Source: Eubacteriales bacterium (lineage in GTDB: Bacteria > Bacillota > Clostridia > Oscillospirales > CAG-382). Taken from it: a stretch of DNA of 64,000 nucleotides. Below the pieces are notes generated by a model. It ran no database searches. It was not told the DNA's origin and saw nothing but the letters and a program-made list of their open reading frames with translations. Shown here piece after piece: positions 46,772 through 53,973 of this stretch. The position numbers and the translations under genes were made by a program. How positions within the stretch are numbered: position 1 is the first letter of the stretch; each line of letters begins with the position of its first letter. The DNA is taken from positions 2,555 through 66,554 of the forward strand of contig JAZOSQ010000034.1 in NCBI GenBank assembly GCA_045657245.1. The letters are read 5' to 3'.

Positions 46772-46825
46772 TTCGGGTTCGTTGTCTATATTGCACTAAA
46801 TATACACATCTTGATAAAATTTACT

Positions 46826-46854
46826 TGACAATAATGCTCATATATGGTATCATA
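46826..46854 (+). promoter_or_regulatory. Sigma-A-type promoter of hpf
   Basis: TTGACA (46826-46831), 17-nt spacer, TGgTATCAT (extended -10; TATCAT at 46849-46854). Confidence 0.55.
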
Positions 46855-46904
46855 AAGACAGACAAAAACACTTTGTCAAAAAAAGTTAATAAGGAGATGG
46901 CGAA

Positions 46905-47426
46905 ATGAAAATAAGAATCATCACCAAGAAATTCACTCTCACCGACGACGTGCGCGAATGGGTCGAAAAGAAACTTGCAAAATTTGACAAGTTCTTCTCC
47001 GAAGACACCGAAGCGACGGTTGCTCTTATGAGCACGAAGATCGGCGAAAGGGTTGAAGTAACCATCTACCGTAACGGTTCGATATTCCGTTCCGAAATCG
47101 CCGATAAGGACTATAAATGTGCTCTTGATACGGCTTTGGAAAATATCGAACGTCAGATCAGAAAGAACCGCACCCGCTTGGAAAAGAAGCTTTACGTTAA
47201 GAAAGAAGCTTTCGAAAACGAAGCAATCACAGAAGCAGAAGACGAAATCAACGTCATCAAGACCAAGAAGTTCGAAATGCGTGCAATGACGGTTGACGAA
47301 GCAATCTTGCAAATGAACCTTCTTCAGCATAATTTCTATATGTTCCTCAATTCCGAAACGGGCATTTACAACGTTGTATATCAACGTGCCGACGGCGGCT
47401 ACGGCGTAATTGAACCGCTTGAATAA
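46905..47426 (+). CDS. hpf: Ribosome hibernation-promoting factor, long form
   Basis: Sigma-54 modulation/S30EA N-domain (MKIRIITKKFTLTDDVREWVEKKL). The C-terminal dimerisation domain (KTKKFEMRAMTVDEAILQMNLLQHNFYMFLN) is typical of long HPF. AAGGAG RBS. Confidence 0.95.
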   Translation: MKIRIITKKFTLTDDVREWVEKKLAKFDKFFSEDTEATVALMSTKIGERVEVTIYRNGSIFRSEIADKDYKCALDTALENIERQIRKNRTRLEKKLYVKKEAFENEAITEAEDEINVIKTKKFEMRAMTVDEAILQMNLLQHNFYMFLNSETGIYNVVYQRADGGYGVIEPLE

Positions 47427-47470
47427 AACAAATCACCCCAACAAGTCTAACGACTTCTTGGGGACCCCCT
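47427..47470 (+). repeat. Palindromic 3'-UTR element, copy 2 (partner at 1346-1398)
   Basis: It starts 3 nt after the hpf stop. AAATCACCCCAAC (47430-47442) plus AAGTCTAACGACTTCTTGGG (47443-47462) match copy 1 in reverse complement. The hairpin is CCCCAACAAGTC/GACTTCTTGGGG (11 of 12 bp). Confidence 0.6.
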
Positions 47471-47480
47471 ATAAAAAACC

Positions 47481-47510
47481 AAAAAGCAGGTCGTTTGACC
47501 TGCTTTTTTA
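47481..47510. terminator. Bidirectional Rho-independent terminator
   Basis: Stem AAAAAGCAGGTC/GACCTGCTTTTT with a GTTT loop, flanked by A- and T-runs. It lies between convergent hpf and the 47518 gene. Confidence 0.85.
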
Positions 47511-47517
47511 TATCGTT

Positions 47518-48156
47518 TTACGGTGTAACAACGTCGGTTGATTCTTCGGGAACGTCGCCGTAGTATTTATAAGATTCGGGGAAGTATGCGTTTTTCATGC
47601 CGTCGGGAAGAAGAAGCTTAAGCGCAATATCCGATTTGCCGAGATCCGACGAAATATTACAAACCATTTCTTCGTCGTCATATGTGATTTCAATACCGTT
47701 AATGTATTTTTCAAGCATCACAACGGGGATAAGATATTCGCCGTCTTCATAGAGCAAGGGCGCAGAAATACGAATGGGATTGCCGTTAATAACGATGAGC
47801 GAGGAGTTCTTTTGACACTCGATTCGGTTTTCTGTACCTATAAGGAAAAGCGTAACGCTGTCGCCGTCACCTGCAAGCCCGAAAGAAGCGATTTCGGAGA
47901 GATATGAAAACGGAACATAAAGACCATATTCGTTGTTTGCATCTTGAGCGTCGATATCATAAAGCTCTTTTTCGTCATAAATAATGCTAACCGAATAAAT
48001 ATCGCTACTATCCGACGTATTATTGAAGGAATAATATATCAAACCGGCAATAAAAAGACTAAGAATAATATAAACTGCCAAGAATACAATAAGGACCGCA
48101 AAAAACTGTGACGATGCACCGGAACTTTTATTGCGCTTCTTCTTTTTAACCGCCAT
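47518..48156 (-). CDS. Hypothetical membrane-anchored protein (C-terminal region resembles copper-amine-oxidase N-terminal 'stalk' domains)
   Basis: Basic N-terminus plus one TM helix (FFAVLIVFLAVYIILSLFIAGLIYY). The segment INGNPIRISAPLLYEDGEYLIPVVMLEKY is reminiscent of stalk domains. This is a weak assignment. Confidence 0.55.
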   Translation of the reverse strand: MAVKKKKRNKSSGASSQFFAVLIVFLAVYIILSLFIAGLIYYSFNNTSDSSDIYSVSIIYDEKELYDIDAQDANNEYGLYVPFSYLSEIASFGLAGDGDSVTLFLIGTENRIECQKNSSLIVINGNPIRISAPLLYEDGEYLIPVVMLEKYINGIEITYDDEEMVCNISSDLGKSDIALKLLLPDGMKNAYFPESYKYYGDVPEESTDVVTP

Positions 48157-48288
48157 ATTAAACCTCCTTTTTTATTTATGATAAAAGTATATCATATCAG
48201 AACAAAAAAAGAAAGGGGGCAAATAACCTTTTTTTGAAATTTTACATATTCTGTTATATGTATCGGCTTTTGAAAGGAGATATAATTC

Positions 48289-50523
48289 GTGAGCGATATA
48301 ACGAAGCGTTTCGCAGAGGGCGCAAGAAGGGTAATAACGTCGGCGCTGCTCTCTGCAAAAGAACTTGGGCATAGCTATGTCGGCAGTGAACATCTTCTCT
48401 TGGGAATCTTGAAGGACGGCGAGGGTATACCTCAAAAACTGCTTCTCGACCGAGGGGTGAGCTTTGAAATAACGAAAAAAAGAATCGTTGGCATCGTCGG
48501 TATGGGGTGCAAAACCGTTCTGTCTTCCGACGATATGACTCCGATTTGCCGCCGAATAATCCTTCGTGCATCGTTCATCGCGGGTGCCGAAGATGCCTTG
48601 ACTGTCGGTGTTGAACATCTTCTTATGTCGATGTTAAGGGAAGAATGTGTTGCAACAAGATTGCTCCGCGAAAGCTCCGTCGACCCGAACGAATTGCTTT
48701 GCGTCCTCGAAGAACTATATAGTAACCGTTCGTCCGATGAAGAAGAACGAGAGGAAGTAACGGTTGAAAAATCACACCCGACACCGCTTCTCGATGCGAA
48801 TGCACTCGACCTAACGGAAAAAGCAAGAAAAGGGAAGATAGACCCCGTTATCGGTAGAGAGAAAGAGGAAGAACGGCTAATTTCGATATTGTTAAGACGC
48901 TCGAAAAACAACCCCTGTCTTGTCGGTGAAGCGGGTGTCGGCAAAACCGCAATAGTAGAATCCCTCGCAAACCGAATCGTTTCGGGTAACGTACCCGATG
49001 AGCTTCGCAACAAACGAATTATGTCGCTTGAGCTTTCTATGGTCGTTGCAGGTACAAAATATCGCGGTGAATTTGAAGAAAAAATAAAAAACATCATCGA
49101 AGAGGTACGTGCATCTGGCGACGTGATACTTTTCATCGACGAACTCCATACCCTTGTCGGCGCAGGTGGCGCAGAGGGTGCAATCGATGCATCAAATATC
49201 TTCAAACCCGCTCTTGCAAGGGGTGAGATTCGTCTTATCGGTGCAACGACGCTTAATGAATTCAGAGAGAGCATCGAGCGTGATAAAGCGCTCGAACGCC
49301 GTTTCCAACCGATAACCGTCAACGAACCGAGCGCCGATGAATGTATATTTATGCTCAACGGCTTGAAGGATAAATATGAGAAATATCATAACGTAACAAT
49401 ATCGAACGAAGCAATCGAAGCCGCCGTACGAATATCAACACGCTATATCTTCGACCGATGCCTTCCCGATAAAGCAATCGATTTGATTGACGAAGCATCG
49501 GCGAACCTGAAAATTTCGAAAAACAGCAAGAAAAAACCGATATTGACCGCACACGATATCGCCTCTGCGGCGGAAGCACGAACGGGAATCCCGATAAACT
49601 CGATAAATAAAAATGAAAGCGAATCCCTCAAAAACCTCGAATCACACCTCAAAGAATCGATAATCGGGCAGGATGAAGCAGTAGCTTCGCTATCCCGTGC
49701 CGTCAGAAGAGCACGGTCGGGTGTAAGATTCGGCTCACGTCCGAACGGTTCGTTTCTGTTCATAGGACGTGCAGGTGTGGGAAAGACCGAATGTGCGAAA
49801 GCACTTGCAAAAGCGGTTTTCAAGACCGAGAAGGCGTTCATACGGCTCGATATGTCGGAATTCTCCGAACCTCACAGTATCTCGAAAATAATCGGTTCAC
49901 CCCCTGGGTATGTCGGCTTCGGTGAGGGCGGAAATCTGACGGAGAAGGTGAGAAGATGCCCGTATTCGCTCGTATTGTTTGATGAGATCGAAAAAGCCCA
50001 CCCCGACGTTCGTGCGCTGCTTTTACAGCTTCTCGACGAGGGTGCATTGACCGATGCGGCGGGGCTCAAGGTTCGGTTTAATAACACAATAGTAATAATG
50101 ACCGCAAACCCCGGTACGAACGTAAGCGGAATAGGTTTCGGAAACGAAAATCGCGATACGGCAATAAAAGAAGCGTCGAAACTCTTTTCTCCCGAACTCA
50201 TAGACCGTGTTGACGAAATCATAATGTTCCGAACTCTTGATGAGAAAGAACTTTATGACGTTGCGGAGGCACGTTTGAACGAATTCAAAAAACTGCTTTC
50301 CGAACGAGGTATTAAAGCCGAATTTGCGGAGGATTTTTGCGAAAAGGCGATTTTGTCCTCGAAAACGAAAAGCGCAAGAACCGTGACGCATTCTCTTTTA
50401 AGACTTGCCGAGGAAGCGGTTGCCGAGCTTATTCTCGAAAATAAAGACAACGTTTCCGAATCGGCGCTGCTTTTCATAGAAAACGGACGCGGTTTTGCAA
50501 AAATAACTCAAAACACCTATTGA
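48289..50523 (+). CDS. clpC: Clp/Hsp100 AAA+ ATPase, ClpC/ClpA-like (two AAA modules, Clp_N domain, no M-domain)
   Basis: GTG start after GAAAGGAG. Duplicated Clp_N repeats. D1 Walker A GEAGVGKT and Walker B ILFIDELH. D2 Walker A GRAGVGKT and Walker B VLFDEIEKAH. ClpP-docking IGF tripeptide (SGIGFGN). Confidence 0.9.
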   Translation: MSDITKRFAEGARRVITSALLSAKELGHSYVGSEHLLLGILKDGEGIPQKLLLDRGVSFEITKKRIVGIVGMGCKTVLSSDDMTPICRRIILRASFIAGAEDALTVGVEHLLMSMLREECVATRLLRESSVDPNELLCVLEELYSNRSSDEEEREEVTVEKSHPTPLLDANALDLTEKARKGKIDPVIGREKEEERLISILLRRSKNNPCLVGEAGVGKTAIVESLANRIVSGNVPDELRNKRIMSLELSMVVAGTKYRGEFEEKIKNIIEEVRASGDVILFIDELHTLVGAGGAEGAIDASNIFKPALARGEIRLIGATTLNEFRESIERDKALERRFQPITVNEPSADECIFMLNGLKDKYEKYHNVTISNEAIEAAVRISTRYIFDRCLPDKAIDLIDEASANLKISKNSKKKPILTAHDIASAAEARTGIPINSINKNESESLKNLESHLKESIIGQDEAVASLSRAVRRARSGVRFGSRPNGSFLFIGRAGVGKTECAKALAKAVFKTEKAFIRLDMSEFSEPHSISKIIGSPPGYVGFGEGGNLTEKVRRCPYSLVLFDEIEKAHPDVRALLLQLLDEGALTDAAGLKVRFNNTIVIMTANPGTNVSGIGFGNENRDTAIKEASKLFSPELIDRVDEIIMFRTLDEKELYDVAEARLNEFKKLLSERGIKAEFAEDFCEKAILSSKTKSARTVTHSLLRLAEEAVAELILENKDNVSESALLFIENGRGFAKITQNTY

Positions 50524-50548
50524 CAACGGGATTTTAATAGTGTATAAT
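50520..50548 (+). promoter_or_regulatory. Consensus sigma-A promoter upstream of ylxM-ffh
   Basis: TTGACA (50520-50525, overlapping the clpC stop codon), 17-nt spacer, TATAAT (50543-50548). Confidence 0.55.
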
Positions 50549-50550
50549 AC

Positions 50551-50579
50551 GGTCTGTAAAGAGATTTGCTTTACAGACC
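50551..50579 (+). other. 11-bp perfect hairpin (weak clpC terminator or 5'-end structure of the ylxM-ffh mRNA)
   Basis: GGTCTGTAAAG/CTTTACAGACC with a 7-nt loop, followed by TAAAATTTT. Confidence 0.5.
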
Positions 50580-50605
50580 TAAAATTTTAAGAGGAGGATG
50601 CAACC

Positions 50606-50923
50606 GTGAACGGAGATAGGGCATACGTCAGCCGTCTTATCGATATTTACGGCAGTGCATTGTCGGAGCGTCAAAAAGACGTTGTCGACCTTTATTATAA
50701 CGAAGATCTTTCCTTGGCAGAAATAAGCGAGAATTGCGGTATAACCCGTCAAGGTGTGCGTGATGCGATACGTCACGGTGTCGAAACCTTAAAATCGCTT
50801 GAATCTGCGCTCGGATTCGAAGTAAAGCTCAAAAGAATTTCCGAACTCGCTTCGGAAATAAAACAAAACGGCGATATTGACGAAATAAAACGTCTTGCGG
50901 AATCAATAATAGGAGAGCTGTAA
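50606..50923 (+). CDS. ylxM: YlxM-family (UPF0122) putative HTH protein
   Basis: GTG start 9 nt after GAGGAGG. The pattern LSERQKDVVDLYYNEDLSLAEISENCGITRQGVRDAI is typical of YlxM. It lies directly upstream of ffh. Confidence 0.85.
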   Translation: MNGDRAYVSRLIDIYGSALSERQKDVVDLYYNEDLSLAEISENCGITRQGVRDAIRHGVETLKSLESALGFEVKLKRISELASEIKQNGDIDEIKRLAESIIGEL

Positions 50924-52245
50924 TGTTCCAAAGTCTTGTTGAAAAGATGTCAAACGCCTTTTCGAAGTTTCGTAACAAAGGCAAACTTACCGAAGCCGAC
51001 GTCAAGGCAGGTATGCGAGAAATCAAACTTGCTCTTCTCGAAGCCGACGTAAACTTCAAAGTCGTTAAGGAATTCATATCGCGAGTGTCCGAGCGTGCGG
51101 TCGGCAACGAAGTCCTCGAAAGTCTGCTTCCCGCTCAACATATCGTTAAGATAGTCAATGAAGAACTTGTCGCTTTAATGGGCGGCACGAACCAAAAACT
51201 TAATATCTCCCCGAAACCCCCGACAGTAATTTTGATGTGCGGTCTTCAGGGTTCGGGTAAGACGACTCATTGTGCAAAACTCGCAATGATGTTCAAAAAA
51301 CAGGGAAGAAATCCCCTTCTCGTCGCTTGTGATATCTATCGTCCCGCCGCTATAACCCAACTTCAGGTTGTCGGCGAAAAGGTCGGTGCACAGGTGTTCG
51401 AGCGTGGCACGAACGACCCTGCTGAAACAACAAAAGAAGCTATAAAACATGCTATAAAATATGGCTTTGATACGGTAATAATCGATACCGCGGGTCGTCT
51501 TCACGTTGATGAAGAGCTTATGGCAGAGCTTAAACGTGTCAAAGAGGTTGCAAATCCGTCGGAAATCCTTCTCGTTGTCGATGCGATGACGGGTCAGGAT
51601 GCCGTAAACGTTGCAAAGAGCTTTAATGACCTTTTGGACATAACCGGTGTTATCTTGACTAAAATGGACGGCGATACCCGTGGCGGTGCCGCACTTTCGG
51701 TCAAATATATAACAGGCAAACCGATAAAATTCATCGGTACGGGCGAAAAACTCGATTGTATCGAACCCTTCCACCCCGACCGTATGGCATCGAGAATTTT
51801 GGGTATGGGCGACGTTTTGACGCTCATCGAGAAGGCAGAACAGCAAATCGACGAGAAAAAAGCGTTGGAAATGGAACGTAAGTTCCGTGAGCAGAGCTTC
51901 ACTTTGACCGACTTTCTCGACCAACTCGCGACAATAAAAGATATGGGCTCGATGGATTCACTCCTTTCGATGATGCCCGGTATAAAACCCGGTGCGTTGA
52001 ATAACGCAAAAATCGACGAAAAGGCACTTGCTCATACCGAAGCGATAATCCTTTCGATGACTCCCTATGAAAGAGATCATCCCGATTGTCTGAACTATTC
52101 CAGAAAACGCCGTATTGCTTCGGGAAGCGGTACAAGCGTCGAGGAAATAAACAAATTGCTCAAACAATACGAGCAAACAAAACAACTCATGAAGCAATTC
52201 ATGGGCAAAAAAGGTAAAAGAGGAAAATTCAGATTTCCTTTTTAA
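50923..52245 (+). CDS. ffh: Signal recognition particle protein Ffh
   Basis: NG-domain motifs GLQGSGKTT, DTAGRL, TKMDGDTRGG. Met-rich M domain. Confidence 0.95.
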   Translation: MFQSLVEKMSNAFSKFRNKGKLTEADVKAGMREIKLALLEADVNFKVVKEFISRVSERAVGNEVLESLLPAQHIVKIVNEELVALMGGTNQKLNISPKPPTVILMCGLQGSGKTTHCAKLAMMFKKQGRNPLLVACDIYRPAAITQLQVVGEKVGAQVFERGTNDPAETTKEAIKHAIKYGFDTVIIDTAGRLHVDEELMAELKRVKEVANPSEILLVVDAMTGQDAVNVAKSFNDLLDITGVILTKMDGDTRGGAALSVKYITGKPIKFIGTGEKLDCIEPFHPDRMASRILGMGDVLTLIEKAEQQIDEKKALEMERKFREQSFTLTDFLDQLATIKDMGSMDSLLSMMPGIKPGALNNAKIDEKALAHTEAIILSMTPYERDHPDCLNYSRKRRIASGSGTSVEEINKLLKQYEQTKQLMKQFMGKKGKRGKFRFPF

Positions 52246-52283
52246 TAAAAAAATAATTTTTCATATTTTGGAGGATACTCAAA

Positions 52284-52529
52284 ATGGCAGTAAAAATGAG
52301 ACTCAGAAGAATGGGCGCAAAGAAAGCTCCCTGTTACAGAATCGTAGTTGCAGATTCTCGCTACCCCAGAGACGGTAGATTCATCGAAGAAATCGGTTTC
52401 TACAATCCTATGACCGAACCCGCAGAAGTTAAAATCGATTCCGAAAAGGCAAAGAAGTGGATCTCCAACGGCGCACAGCCCACTGACACCGTAAGAGATC
52501 TTCTCAAGAAGAGCGGAGTAATTGATTAA
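52284..52529 (+). CDS. rpsP: 30S ribosomal protein S16
   Basis: [26 protein letters not shown] is diagnostic. GGAGG RBS. Confidence 0.95.
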   Translation: MAVKMRLRRMGAKKAPCYRIVVADSRYPRDGRFIEEIGFYNPMTEPAEVKIDSEKAKKWISNGAQPTDTVRDLLKKSGVID

Positions 52530-52756
52530 TGAAACAGATGCTTCTCGATATCACAAAGGCTATCGTCGAAGATCCCGATTCGGTCGTTGTGTCCGAAAAG
52601 GTTAGCGGCGATACCGTTGTTCTCGAGCTTTCGGTTGCGAAACAGGATATGGGCAGAGTAATCGGAAAAGAAGGCAAGATCGCAAAAAGTATTCGTACTG
52701 TAATGCGTGCTGCTGCCGCAAAAGAGAACAAACGTGTCATCGTCGATATTATCTGA
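52529..52756 (+). CDS. KH-domain RNA-binding protein (YlqC-like)
   Basis: GRVIGKEGKIAKSIRTV KH motif, 75 aa, between rpsP and rimM. Confidence 0.85.
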   Translation: MKQMLLDITKAIVEDPDSVVVSEKVSGDTVVLELSVAKQDMGRVIGKEGKIAKSIRTVMRAAAAKENKRVIVDII

Positions 52757-53247
52757 TGAGACGCTTTCTTGAAGCGGGACGGCTTAATTCTCCTCGTGGG
52801 ATAAAGGGTGAAATACGTCTTGAATGTTGGTGCGACAGCATCGAATTCCTCTCCGGCGTAAAGTATCTCTATCTTGACCCTGCGGGCAAACGTCCGTTGG
52901 AGGTTAAATCGTTCCGAGAAACGGTTTCAACCGTCATATTCGTCGGCTATGAGGATCGGAACAGCGTTTCCGCCCTCACCGGCAGAACGGTTTATTTTGA
53001 CAGAGAGGAAATCCCTCTTCCCGAAGGTGTATATTATAACGACGACCTTCTCGGTTGTAAGGTTTATGATGAATCGACGGGAAACGAAATCGGTATATTG
53101 AAACGTATCGAAGAGGGAATGGCTTCTGATATTTATTATATCAGCGGCGAAAAAGAGTATATGATTCCGAAGGTGGAGCAATTCATCGTTTCGGCAGATC
53201 CCGAATCGGGAATAATCGTCCGTCTTATCGACGGTTTAGAAATTTAG
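52756..53247 (+). CDS. rimM: 16S rRNA processing protein RimM
   Basis: GRLNSPRGIKGEIRL N-terminal motif and a PRC-barrel C-domain. Conserved position. Confidence 0.9.
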   Translation: MRRFLEAGRLNSPRGIKGEIRLECWCDSIEFLSGVKYLYLDPAGKRPLEVKSFRETVSTVIFVGYEDRNSVSALTGRTVYFDREEIPLPEGVYYNDDLLGCKVYDESTGNEIGILKRIEEGMASDIYYISGEKEYMIPKVEQFIVSADPESGIIVRLIDGLEI

Positions 53248-53265
53248 AAAGCGTAGGTGGAAGAG

Positions 53266-53973
53266 ATGAACTTCGAAGTACTTACGCTTTTTCCCCATTC
53301 TCTCGAGCCGATATTCGAATCGAGTATAATCGGCAGAGCAATGCAAAAGGGTGTTATATCTGTCAAATGTACCGATATCCGCGATTATACGTTGGACAAG
53401 CATCGCCGTGTTGACGATGCGCCTTACGGCGGCGGTTACGGAATGGTTATGATGTGCCAACCCGTCGTAGATTGCATCCGTGCGGTAAAATCTCGGCTTT
53501 CGGGAACAACAAGGGTGATATATATGTCACCTCAAGGTTCGCTTTTTAATCAAAAAAAGGCAGAAGAACTTAAAGAATACGATAATCTTATCCTTCTTTG
53601 CGGACATTATGAAGGAATCGACGAACGTATTATCGAGCTTGAAGTGGACGAAGAACTGTCCGTCGGAAACTATGTTTTGACGGGCGGAGAATTACCTGCC
53701 GCAATCGTTGTTGATTGCGTATCAAGATTGATAGACGGTGTGCTTCCGTCTTCCGAATGTTATTCGGAAGAAAGTCTTCAAAACGGATTGCTTGAACATG
53801 CACAATATACAAGACCGCGAGTTTTCGAAGGGCTTGAAGTCCCCGAAGTCCTCGTGAACGGTGACCACAAAAAACAGCGTCGCTGGAAAGAGGAACAAAG
53901 CCGACTTCGTACTGAAACAAAACGACCGGATCTTATGGAGCTTAACTATGAACAAGCTGAGGAAAAGAACTAA
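53266..53973 (+). CDS. trmD: tRNA (guanine37-N1)-methyltransferase
   Basis: FEVLTLFP..., DDAPYGGGYGMVM, LLCGHYEGIDERI, SVGNYVLTGGELPA motifs. The ATG at 53266 is 5 nt after AGGTGG. Confidence 0.95.
   Translation: MNFEVLTLFPHSLEPIFESSIIGRAMQKGVISVKCTDIRDYTLDKHRRVDDAPYGGGYGMVMMCQPVVDCIRAVKSRLSGTTRVIYMSPQGSLFNQKKAEELKEYDNLILLCGHYEGIDERIIELEVDEELSVGNYVLTGGELPAAIVVDCVSRLIDGVLPSSECYSEESLQNGLLEHAQYTRPRVFEGLEVPEVLVNGDHKKQRRWKEEQSRLRTETKRPDLMELNYEQAEEKN

Noticed and set aside
46491-46790. Integron attC-like sites
   Set aside because: There is no GTTRRRY/RYYYAAC core pair, no integrase gene and no cassette ORFs between the units.
46401-46908. Small ORFs in the yabR-hpf spacer: 46401-46619 (+), 46459-46674 (-) and 46681-46908 (+)
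   Set aside because: They run straight through a Rho-independent terminator and through the repeat/hairpin units, and they lack an RBS. Their reading frames are a by-product of the repeats, so the region is treated as non-coding.
48157-48288. CtsR operator upstream of the clpC-like gene
   Set aside because: No GGTCAAA-type direct repeat is present. Only a moderate sigma-A-like promoter candidate (TTGAAA at 48234) was seen, too weak to list.
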